A stretch of 64,000 bases of DNA from Nitrosopumilaceae archaeon (GTDB lineage Archaea > Thermoproteota > Nitrososphaeria > Nitrososphaerales > Nitrosopumilaceae): positions 1 to 64,000 of the forward strand of contig CBDCCK010000002.1 of assembly GCA_965214835.1 (NCBI GenBank), written 5' to 3'. The notes beneath the pieces were generated by a model. That model was not told where the DNA came from. It did no database searches and worked only from the letters and a program-made list of their open reading frames with translations. This document shows positions 41,131 through 50,385 of the stretch, one piece after another (position 1 is the first letter of the stretch; every line of letters begins with the position of its first letter). A program made the position numbers and the translations under genes.

Positions 41131-42791
41131 GTCCTCCTACTCCTGCTACTCCCCCTTCTCCACAGCTTCTCGCCTCGTTTCCCCCCGGACTCTCCCCGCG
41201 TCCGGAGCAAAAACGCATACTTGCAGACATCGGCGAGGCGCTTGCCTCGGGGTACCGCGATATCATACTGTGCGCGCCCACCGGTGTTGGCAAGAGCGCC
41301 GTGGCAGCTGCGGTCGCCCGCTCGATGGGAAGCTCGTTCGTGCTTACCGCCCAGAAGATACTCCAGGATCAGTACTCGCGCGACTTTGGCTCGTGGCTTG
41401 CCCCCGGCAAGGGCAAGGGCAACTTTCCGTGCCGCGCCCTGTACGAGGGGGTCATGTCCCGTGACGAGGCGGCATCCGACCCGTCCGTATCGTGCGCCAA
41501 CGGCGTGTGCTCGTGGCACACGCCGCAGGGAACCGCGCACTGCGAGTACAAGCCCGTCCTGGCCGAGTTCGAGCCCGGCGGTGAGTGTGGTGATGACGAC
41601 AATTGCTGCCACTATTATTCGGCAAAATATACGGCGCTTGCCTCGCCGCACTCTGTATACAACTATGCGGCATACTTTGCAATACGCGGCCAGTTTCTTC
41701 CGGACCGGCTCATCCGGAGGCAGGTCGTCATTTGTGACGAGGCCCACGAGCTTGAGGACGTGCTGGCAGAGCACGTCGGCTGCGAGATAACAAGATCGTA
41801 CCTTGCCGACGCCGACTCTGCGTTTTCCGAGTTTGAGGATGTCGATGCCGTCGAGGGTGTAACCCGCATGGTCTCGCTTCTCTGCGACAGGTACGGTGAG
41901 CGCCTGCGCAGCTCGCCGGACGGGAGGATGCAGTCCCGGCTGGAGCGCCTCTCGCTGTGCAGGTACGAGCTGGCAAACAGCCCGGGCAACGTGTCCGTAC
42001 AGGTCAACCGATATGATGACGGCCACGTGCGGTCCGTCTCTGTCCGGCCCCTGTCCGTGTCGCGGTACGCCGAGAGGTATTTGGACTCGCCGCACCGGAT
42101 CTTCATGTCTGCTACCATCCATCCGGACATGTTCTGCGGCCGCATGGGCATTGACGGGCGCGACTGCTGCTTTGTGGACGTAAAGACCGCCCCCTTTGAG
42201 GCCTCCCGCGCCCCCGTCTCCTTCTGCGACGTGGCCGCCATCAACCGCGATACCGGCGAGGACGAGTACGCCCTGCTATACGATAGGATCGACTCGATAC
42301 TGGACATGCACGGCAACCACAAGGGGTTGATACTGGTGTCTTCGGTGGATCAGTGCCGCAGCATTGCCGCCGGGCTGTCCGAACGCAACCGGGGCAGGCT
42401 GCTGCAGGTATACAACTCGGCGCCGCTTGAGCGCGACGAGACGCTGCGCCTGCATGCCGGCTCCCCCGAGCCGACGGTCCTGATATCGCCGAGCCTGTGG
42501 TACGGCGTTGACCTCCGCGGGATGCTCTCCAGGTTCTGCATAATAGCAAAGTGTCCGTTTCCGTCTCTGGCAGACAGGCGTGTCGGCGCGCTGGCAAAGG
42601 CAAGCCCCGTATGGTACCGGTATCACACACTGTGCAAGATGCTCCAGGGGATGGGGCGCAGCATACGGAGCGAGGACGACTGGGCCGACACGTATGTTCT
42701 GGACTCCAACGCCGGCAAGCTCGTGCGGCAGATGTCCGCATACGTCCCTGACGCATACGGGGAGGCGCTCTCGGAGGTAGGGGGAAGATGA
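41127..42791 (+). CDS. XPD/DinG/Rad3-family SF2 helicase
   Basis: PRPEQ, APTGVGKS, Cys cluster, DEAH, SAT, GVD, QGMGRSIRS. Confidence 0.9.
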   Translation: MSPPTPATPPSPQLLASFPPGLSPRPEQKRILADIGEALASGYRDIILCAPTGVGKSAVAAAVARSMGSSFVLTAQKILQDQYSRDFGSWLAPGKGKGNFPCRALYEGVMSRDEAASDPSVSCANGVCSWHTPQGTAHCEYKPVLAEFEPGGECGDDDNCCHYYSAKYTALASPHSVYNYAAYFAIRGQFLPDRLIRRQVVICDEAHELEDVLAEHVGCEITRSYLADADSAFSEFEDVDAVEGVTRMVSLLCDRYGERLRSSPDGRMQSRLERLSLCRYELANSPGNVSVQVNRYDDGHVRSVSVRPLSVSRYAERYLDSPHRIFMSATIHPDMFCGRMGIDGRDCCFVDVKTAPFEASRAPVSFCDVAAINRDTGEDEYALLYDRIDSILDMHGNHKGLILVSSVDQCRSIAAGLSERNRGRLLQVYNSAPLERDETLRLHAGSPEPTVLISPSLWYGVDLRGMLSRFCIIAKCPFPSLADRRVGALAKASPVWYRYHTLCKMLQGMGRSIRSEDDWADTYVLDSNAGKLVRQMSAYVPDAYGEALSEVGGR

Positions 42792-43864
42792 GCGGCCTGG
42801 CGCCGGCGGCGGCGGCCGCGGCTGTTTCTGCCAGGAAGCCCCCGTTCCTCCCCGGGGTCATACCCGAGACCCTCGGCAGGGGCGGGCTCACCGTCTCGGA
42901 GCTGCTGCACGGTGCATCCTGTGATGCCGTGCGCCGCGAGGCCGTAAACCGCGTGATATCGGCCGAGACGGGAAGGCAGTACTGCGCGGTAGGCGGCCCC
43001 GTCGTCATGATCGGCGGCATGACATACAGGCAGGACGTGCTGACGTATGTCGTGGCCTCGGCCATTTGTAACGTAAAGGGCGACAGGGTCCTGACAAAAA
43101 AGTTCGCGCTGTCCGAGTCCGTGACTGCCGAGCCCTTTCTTCGCGGCCACCCGAGCCCGGAGGACCTGGTATCCGAGATGGCATCCATAAAGGCGCTGCG
43201 CGACGGCGCTGAATACCGCGTTCCCGTCGCCGACTATCTTCCGCTTGCCTGCCGCATAAGCAGCATGGAATGGAAGCTGGTAAACCAGCGCGTCACCGGT
43301 GGGTACGTCATGCTTGCCAAGAGGAGGATGGTGCGGCTGGTGCGGCACGCCATGGCCGCATACGTCATTGATCAGGTCAACGGTATGTCCCTTGGGAGCA
43401 GGGATGCAGAGGCGCTTGCCGGATATGCGGCCAAGGTGGGGACCACCCACGTGTGGGCCGGCAGGAGGCCTCCTGCAGACGGCGGCCGCCTGCCCCCGTG
43501 CATCGCGCACTGCAGGCAGCAGCTGAAGGAGGGCGAGAACCTGCCCCATGTAGCCCGGTTCCTGCTTGCTTCATACCTGCTCAAGGCAGGTACCCCCGCA
43601 GACGACATTGCAGTCCTGTTTCAGACGGCCCCCGACTATAACGAGGCAGTCACGAAATACCAGATAGGCCAGATAGCGAGATCAGAGTACCTCCCCCCCA
43701 GCTGCGCCAAGGTGGAGACGGCAGGATGGTGCAGGAGGAGCGAGGCCTGTGGGAACATAGCCAACCCGATCCAGTTTGGGAGGCATGACGGCCGCGTCCT
43801 ACAAGAGGACGAAAATGACACGCCCGTCCCTGAAGAAAAAAGCATGGAGGGGGACATCCCCTGA
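42788..43864 (+). CDS. priL: Archaeal primase large subunit (PriL)-like
   Basis: WKLVNQ...GYV, PPCI, NLPHVARF, APDYNE..TKYQI, YLPPSC..C....C Fe-S domain. Confidence 0.88.
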   Translation: MSGLAPAAAAAAVSARKPPFLPGVIPETLGRGGLTVSELLHGASCDAVRREAVNRVISAETGRQYCAVGGPVVMIGGMTYRQDVLTYVVASAICNVKGDRVLTKKFALSESVTAEPFLRGHPSPEDLVSEMASIKALRDGAEYRVPVADYLPLACRISSMEWKLVNQRVTGGYVMLAKRRMVRLVRHAMAAYVIDQVNGMSLGSRDAEALAGYAAKVGTTHVWAGRRPPADGGRLPPCIAHCRQQLKEGENLPHVARFLLASYLLKAGTPADDIAVLFQTAPDYNEAVTKYQIGQIARSEYLPPSCAKVETAGWCRRSEACGNIANPIQFGRHDGRVLQEDENDTPVPEEKSMEGDIP

Positions 43865-43872
43865 GAAAGTGC

Positions 43873-45465
43873 GTGTATTGCGGGGTGTGGCTGTCAGGCG
43901 GCAGCGTGCACCACGGACTTGTTGTGGACCGTGACGGGATCCGGTTCTCACAGCTTCCATCATCGGTCAGCGACGAACCATTCGAGTATTACTGCTGCCA
44001 TGCGTGCTTTACCATGAACCGCGAGAGGGTCATCGCAAGGATAAGCGGTATGGTGGGCGGCACTGCCGGCCGGAAGGGTGCGCCGCGCTGCCAGGTCTGC
44101 CGCAGGAAGATCACGGCGTATGGGCGCCACATCACCTGCTCCAAAAAATGCGCGGAAAAATATTCCGTACGGCTTGGAGGGCATGGCGGCGGCGGGGGGA
44201 GGAATTCCACATGAGGGTTGCAAAGTCGTGCCGGATCTGCGGCCGGGACCTCCACTGCAGCCAGGGCGCCGGCATGCCGGATCGCCGCCTGGTCACCTGC
44301 TCTGGCAGGTGCTCCTCGGAGTACTCCCGCCTCATGTCACGCGCGCGCCATTCCGCCAAAGGTCCGGAGGACGCGGCATGAGTCCGGGTGATCGTTGCGG
44401 GTGCCTCCACGTATGCCGCAGCTGCCCGGGGTTTTCACATAGTTGGTTGCGTGCCGCGTGCCGGGAGGATGAGGATGAGGATGCCAATAAAGGGGGAAGG
44501 TGCCCGTGAGCCGGCAGTGCGCGGCCTGTGACCGGCGCGCAGTAATGACCGTCGGCGCGCAGCACCTCTGCCTGCGGTGCTCCGGGGCCATGGAGGACGA
44601 CCCGTTCAGTTGCAGTCCGGATGTGGGCAGTTGGTATGATCCCGCCGAGTTTGACAGGCAGTGGGAGCGTGCCATGAGTACTGACCTGCGCAGGTGTGAA
44701 TATGGGGGTTGTGAAAGATATGCGTGGTGGAATGTGACTGACCTCGGCTTTGTCCGGTGGTTCTGTAGGATGCACTATGTGGAAAAAACGGGGGAGGAGG
44801 CCTGCGACGCCTGATGAACTGCCAGAACCGTTGTGAGTATTACAAGATACCCAAGACGCTCCCCCACGCCGACAAGGGGCTGTGCCGCGAGTGCGGCATC
44901 TTCATGTTGTGGGCGGGGTTTTTCTGCCCGTGCTGCGGCACCAAGCTCCGCAAGAAGAGGGTGACGCGTGTGTGCCGCGCGCGCCAGCATAAGATGATGG
45001 GGGTGAAGAGGGAGAAATGACACGCCGGGGATTCTGGCGGTTCCTACCGTGTAAGGTGTGTGGTGTCAGGTTCGAGGTCAGAATACATCCAGGAAGAAAG
45101 TGGCACCGCGTCTGCTGCTCGCCTGAGTGCAGCCATGAGAACCGCCGCGCCTCCTGTAAGGAGTATGACAGGAAGATCAGCGGTGCCAGGTCCGTGGTCA
45201 GATGGATATACAGGATGGTTACCGGAAGGCCCCTCATCTGTGGGGTGGCCACAAGACACCTGGTACGCCACAGTATGATAGGGACCGGCGACCCCCGCTC
45301 CCTGAAGGGTTGGGGGTACAAGTCCTGAAGATCACCATGACGAAACGGTGCGCTGTTTGCGGCCATGACCTCCGGTGCAGGCATACAGGCATCATGGAAA
45401 GAAGGACCTATAGCCATGGGTGTAGTGTGATTATGAGCGGATGTGACACCACAGGAGGCGCCTGA
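43873..45465 (+). other. Run of ~7 tiny overlapping Cys-rich ORFs (43873-44214, 44211-44381, 44378-44509, 44506-44814, 44814-45020, 45017-45328, 45337-45465)
   Basis: CxxC pairs in each; ATGA/GTGA/TGATG coupling and GGAGG-like RBS. Confidence 0.7.
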
Positions 45466-45588
45466 AGGAGGAGGAGGGGTGTTATTCCAGGTGATGGTGA
45501 CGGACCGTTTTGGATCCCATATTTTGGAAGGACAGTCCCTGTTTTTACGGGGGTCAAACATTCAAATGTCTCCCGACCGCGCCAAGAG

Positions 45589-46026
45589 TTGATGTTGTTT
45601 GGAAGGAGGAGTAAACCGCGCCTCATCAAAATAAGGGGTTTTGAGCCCCCAACGGCCTCCAATAATCCGGTTGACGGAAAATTGAGACTGAAAAAGGAGG
45701 TTGAAGGAAAGGTTGAAGGCCTAGAGGAGATCAGGGGTTTTTGCCTCGGGAAAAAACTGTCTGTTAACGTGAGGTTTTTCCTGTATGATGGGACCGGTGG
45801 GACTGCACAGCCAGAGGGAAGGACAAGGAAGGATCTTGATAATATGTTGAAGATTGTCGTGGATGTGCTTCCTGAAAAGATGGACAAGGACGGCAAACAT
45901 GACGGATTGGGCCTTATCAGGGGAGATGCAGACGACATGGTATATGAGATAAGGGCTGTAAAGGAGACGGTATCCAATATAGATAAGGAGGGAATGGATA
46001 TCGAGATTTCAGAGTTTAAGGGTTGA
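45589..46026 (+). CDS. RusA-like Holliday junction resolvase
   Basis: KDLDNMLK...DD motif; start uncertain. Confidence 0.7.
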   Translation: MMLFGRRSKPRLIKIRGFEPPTASNNPVDGKLRLKKEVEGKVEGLEEIRGFCLGKKLSVNVRFFLYDGTGGTAQPEGRTRKDLDNMLKIVVDVLPEKMDKDGKHDGLGLIRGDADDMVYEIRAVKETVSNIDKEGMDIEISEFKG

Positions 46027-46194
46027 TTTTTTAAAAATGTCTGGTTGGTTGGTTTGGCCAATCTTGATGTTTTTTGGATTGGGTTTTGTGTGATGAAAGA
46101 AGGAATGTTTTGTTGTTTTTGTCGGTGTTGGTGGTGTGTAATGTGATCCATATGTGGCGTAACCTGGCACCCTGCGATCAGAACTTTTAACGGT

Positions 46195-46313
46195 TGTTCC
46201 AAAGTTCCATTGTTCCAGCGATTCCATACTGCCGTATATTTGGGGAAAATAAGGAAAAATGTCGTCTGCCACACAGCGGTGTAGAAATGCTGGAACACTG
46301 GAACTTTGGAACA
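46195..46313. repeat. 25-bp inverted repeat built from the TGTTCCAAAGTTCCA motif
   Basis: 46195-46219 vs 46289-46313, one mismatch. Confidence 0.9.
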
Positions 46314-46847
46314 TTTCTCACGCCTGACGTTTGCCACACAAGGAACCTTCAGAATTTGATCACTTTGCCACAAAACGAGACTGGAACAGATTTTGGCGGA
46401 ATTCATCCCGGATCTCCGAAAAGCGTGCGGATCTCGACGTGGCAAAATACTCGTCGGAATGGATTTTGAAAATTGATCTAAATTTCGGGCTTTTTGGGAA
46501 TTTGATCTGAAATAGCTGGAACAACTCTGGAACATGGTGGAACATCCGGGTGTTTTTGGCGGATTTCGGATCGGTTTTTGCGGAATTTTTCGGAATGGAT
46601 TTGGGGGTCTGATCGCAAAAATCACCTATTTTGAGAAAAACTCTGGAACAATGGAACACAAATATCAAAAAAGTACCGGAAAAGCGATCAGGATTCCCAT
46701 GGGTGTTCTTTGATCGATGTTGGTGTAGTCGGGATGTTATTTCTTGTTTTGCGCAACCTTGATGATGATGACGCAAATATCATGGTAGATATGCTGCAGA
46801 CAAGGACAAACTGTAAAACTTGGGAAGGCGCGACAAACCAAAGATCC

Positions 46848-46940
46848 GTACGAGGTCACCTACCCCCATCAGTCAGGCATGAATTAGCATGAATGATTGT
46901 AATCTTCGTGCCTAACTAACAAGGGGACGTGACCACATAC
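46848..46940 (+). mobile_element. MITE family A with 8-bp TSD AAAGATCC
   Basis: Closely matches 3567-3658; TSD on both flanks. Confidence 0.9.
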
Positions 46941-47034
46941 AAAGATCCAATAGTGTGTGGGAACTGGCCCAGACCTCATCCAAACTGATCAGAAACCCCA
47001 AGATGATCCAAAATCAGAAACCGTGAATACAATC

Positions 47035-50000
47035 CTAAAATCCATCCAATCCCTTCTTACCAAGCGAGTCATCGAACTTTTCCGGTGTAATAAAAATAAC
47101 TCCAACCAACTTTAGTTTGGACTCTGCGGCCATCTCTTCTTTCTTTTCTACTACCTTTACAGGATCCGTCTTTTCCTTGATACCTATCCACTCACTCATT
47201 CTCTTTATTCCGTTTATCAACATCTCAATATCCTGGTCTCTACCGTATTCCAAAACCAATGAGTTGAGGTCGTCGGCCCAGTGCCGTACATGCTCGGACT
47301 TTACAATTTGTATAACCTCCTTTCCCTCATCCTTGACTATCTTACCGTTCAGTATGGCGCCCATCATTATCTTGGAGACCTCGTCGACGTTCCTGTCATG
47401 CTGTCTGTGTCTCTTACCGTGAAGTTCCCTAACATATGAGGATACGGCGTCATTGTTTTCCTTTATGGCCCTTCGCGCCTTTGGATCTATCTTCAGTAAC
47501 AACTCAAACGATTCCTTGCTTGTCGTACCGTCCATCGGTAGATGGATCGGTGTCTCCACAATACATGATGCAAGGCGTATGGCCTCCGAGTCGTCATCAG
47601 GCACCAACACCACATCGGTCTCAAAATCATACTGGACAAAATAGACACGTCTCTCCGAACCCTCTTGCAGGTACGCCAGGACGGCCTTCTGGCTATCACC
47701 CATCTTACCACTGCGACGCCCTATGGGGATGTCCTGGACCGTCTCCATCCCCTTCTCCTTGATGAACCTACCCAACTCGTTGATCGGTGAGAGCGCCGGC
47801 ATGACGTCTGATTCCTTCTCCATCTCCGAGATTACCCTGCCGGCGCTACTACTACTGCCGTCCTCCTGCCGGCCGCCGGCAAGCACCTTGATCCTATGTG
47901 CCGCACCGTTGAACTGTTTGGGGGTTGGGGCCTCTCCCAATATCTCTTCATCTCCCCCTATTACAGTATCAACCACATGTATCTTGTCCAACAACCTACC
48001 CATGAGCCTCAGGATGTCGTCCAACTCCCTGTCCGGGTAGCAGGCCCTGGTACGGATCACGTCATGTTTACTGGTGAGCCTGTCCACCCTGCCAGTCCTC
48101 TGGACTATTCTCATCGGATTCCACGGTAAATCATAGTTTATGACATAGTTGCAGTCCTGGAGGTTCTGTCCCTCTGCTAGCACCTCAGTAGAGACCAACA
48201 TATCAATTTCCCCCAAATCCAGCTTCTCATCCTCGAGCAGGTTTGCCTCCGGGGCAAACCGCCTGATGTGACTCATCCTTGCGTCCGGCTTTGTGCTCCC
48301 CGTAATGCATTCTATGGCATGATTGGGAAACTTTTCCCGCAGTTTTTTGGTGACGTATCTTGCAGTGGCCGTGTATTCGGTAAATATCAGAACTTTTTTG
48401 CTCTCGTTTTCAAGCGCCCGCTCCTTTAGGATGGTTCTAATTACCGCGTCGATCTTTGTGTCAACTGTTATCTTTTTGACCTCCTCTAACAGGCCCTCCA
48501 GTATGGCCATGTCACCTGCCATGTCGCGCTTGAGTGACTCGATGTCATAGTTTTTTCCTATCTTCTCCTTTTGAATCTCCATAATCTCCCTGAGAAAGAA
48601 CCTCATCTTTTCCTCATCATCGTCGTCGTCGGCAGCAGTGCCAGGATCCTCACCAGACTCCACCACGTTCCACTTTGTAATTATCCTGTTAAAGTCGCGG
48701 ACCCGCAGTATCCTACCTTCGTCTAACACACCGCTGATGTGCCGGTACAGGTTTATCTTGTTCTCCAGGCTTATCCTTACGGCCTCAACACTGCTCTCAA
48801 AGCGCTTTAACAACAATATGACCTGGAGGTGACCTATCACCCTGTACCTGCCTCTCTCCTCATCTGACAGGCTTGTGTTGTATCGCTCCATTCCATACGG
48901 CGCCATGGTCAGACGTCCTATATCCTCCAAGATCTTCCGGAATATATTCCCGAACAGGTCTGCAAGGCTGTACTGTATGGGGGAGTACTGGTGTACAGGA
49001 AACCTTATCTCCCTATCGCCTATGCGGTCGTCCCTGTAGACGTCCTTGATGTAGGATCTTGTGCGCCTCACCATCACGACGTCCAGTAACTGCTGTATCT
49101 TTTCGAGTCCCTGCGCCAGATCCTTGTTTGCAGCATCCCTCATATGCCGGTACAGGTCGGGTATGCCAACATGCCGGTAAAAGTAAGAGTCCTCACCCCC
49201 GGTAATTAGGGACAGCTGATAGTACAGATCCATCAACGAGTTGTTGATCGGCGTGGCAGTCAGCATTATAACCTGCTTTCTCTTTCCTATACTCATCAGT
49301 TTCATCAGGTTCTTTCTCCTGTTTGCACCCTTTGAACGAAAGTTCTGCGACTCATCGATGAGCACCAAGTCTATGTTCCTGTATCTTCCCAGCGTCTTGA
49401 TGATGTCCTCTCTTCCCAGGGACTCCATGGTGAGTGTCTCGCGCACGTTGATGTCGACCTCCTTGAGCTTTTCTGCCCACATGCTGTGCAACACCTGGGC
49501 TGGTGCCACAAGCAACACTTTTTTGCCCTCCTTGAGGACCTTCTGGCGCATCATCTCTATTCCCATGTTGGTCTTGCCAAGTCCGGTTGCATCTGCAATG
49601 ATGACTCCGCCAAACTCCGACACTATGAACATTCCGGCGTGCACCGCGTCCTGCTGGAACCGGGTCAGCACCTTGCTTTCCTTACCGGCGTCATGATCTA
49701 TCCTTTCGAGCAGCGGCCTGAACCGCTCAAAGAGCATCTTCATGTATACCTCGTACGGCTCTGCGGGCTGGCCGAACTTTGACTGCGTCAGGACGTCGAT
49801 CAACTGTTGTTTGGTGTCCTTCGCTGTACCCCACATCCTGTCAAACCACGCCCTCGTCTGCTCTGCCACACCAGGCTGGTACAGTCCGGCGTTGAGCTCA
49901 TAGTTTCCAGTCATACCGCCGGCAGTGAAATTGCTGGAGCCGATGAATACAGAGTTGTTTCCCATGATATAACACTTTGAGTGATTGAACCTACTTGCGC

Positions 50001-50385
50001 CAAGTCGCACCTGGATGTTCTCCTGTCTCAACAGGTTGATCAGCGACGTGGTATCGTCCCTTGACTCGGGCGACAGATCCGCATCGTCAAGGTTTGACTT
50101 TAACGACGAGCCCTCTGATGATTCATTGTACTGTCTTGCGTATTTCTCAAAGGAGCCCTCCTGCGGGAATATGGCCTCCCTGCCAAGTAGCAGCCTCATT
50201 GAGAACGACTCGTTGCGGGCCGCATCCTCCAGGGAATCGCGGAGCATCCCGTATCCGGCAACATCAAAGTATCCTGTGGATATGTCGAGGGTTTCGGCCA
50301 CGGGAATCTCAGAGTTGAGTATCTTTTGCATCGTTATGTCATCCTGCGAATTGTCGATGATGTCCTTTTTGATTCTCTTTGTCAT
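47035..50385 (-). CDS. PLD-nuclease + SNF2-type SF2 helicase
   Basis: HSKCY..GSSNFT..NYELN; DATGLGKT, DESQ, TATP, EGQNLQ, QRTGRVDR. Confidence 0.88.
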   Translation of the reverse strand: MTKRIKKDIIDNSQDDITMQKILNSEIPVAETLDISTGYFDVAGYGMLRDSLEDAARNESFSMRLLLGREAIFPQEGSFEKYARQYNESSEGSSLKSNLDDADLSPESRDDTTSLINLLRQENIQVRLGASRFNHSKCYIMGNNSVFIGSSNFTAGGMTGNYELNAGLYQPGVAEQTRAWFDRMWGTAKDTKQQLIDVLTQSKFGQPAEPYEVYMKMLFERFRPLLERIDHDAGKESKVLTRFQQDAVHAGMFIVSEFGGVIIADATGLGKTNMGIEMMRQKVLKEGKKVLLVAPAQVLHSMWAEKLKEVDINVRETLTMESLGREDIIKTLGRYRNIDLVLIDESQNFRSKGANRRKNLMKLMSIGKRKQVIMLTATPINNSLMDLYYQLSLITGGEDSYFYRHVGIPDLYRHMRDAANKDLAQGLEKIQQLLDVVMVRRTRSYIKDVYRDDRIGDREIRFPVHQYSPIQYSLADLFGNIFRKILEDIGRLTMAPYGMERYNTSLSDEERGRYRVIGHLQVILLLKRFESSVEAVRISLENKINLYRHISGVLDEGRILRVRDFNRIITKWNVVESGEDPGTAADDDDDEEKMRFFLREIMEIQKEKIGKNYDIESLKRDMAGDMAILEGLLEEVKKITVDTKIDAVIRTILKERALENESKKVLIFTEYTATARYVTKKLREKFPNHAIECITGSTKPDARMSHIRRFAPEANLLEDEKLDLGEIDMLVSTEVLAEGQNLQDCNYVINYDLPWNPMRIVQRTGRVDRLTSKHDVIRTRACYPDRELDDILRLMGRLLDKIHVVDTVIGGDEEILGEAPTPKQFNGAAHRIKVLAGGRQEDGSSSSAGRVISEMEKESDVMPALSPINELGRFIKEKGMETVQDIPIGRRSGKMGDSQKAVLAYLQEGSERRVYFVQYDFETDVVLVPDDDSEAIRLASCIVETPIHLPMDGTTSKESFELLLKIDPKARRAIKENNDAVSSYVRELHGKRHRQHDRNVDEVSKIMMGAILNGKIVKDEGKEVIQIVKSEHVRHWADDLNSLVLEYGRDQDIEMLINGIKRMSEWIGIKEKTDPVKVVEKKEEMAAESKLKLVGVIFITPEKFDDSLGKKGLDGF

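Larger units (their letters stand above)
23598..46700 (+). mobile_element. Integrated replicative element (provirus/plasmid-like); boundaries approximate
   Basis: Integrase followed by ~19 kb of co-oriented, overlapping GC-rich replication genes; no att site identified. Confidence 0.75.

Noticed and set aside
27182-44775. Long antisense ORFs in the GC-rich element (e.g. 30117-31385, 37783-39000, 41070-42122)
   Set aside because: Shadow frames of well-supported + strand genes in high-GC DNA
45408-46625. 405-aa minus-strand ORF
   Set aside because: Antisense to the RusA-like gene and runs through skewed motif-rich non-coding DNA; no recognisable motifs
23460-47030. attL/attR direct repeats for the element
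   Set aside because: None found by eye; boundaries remain approximate
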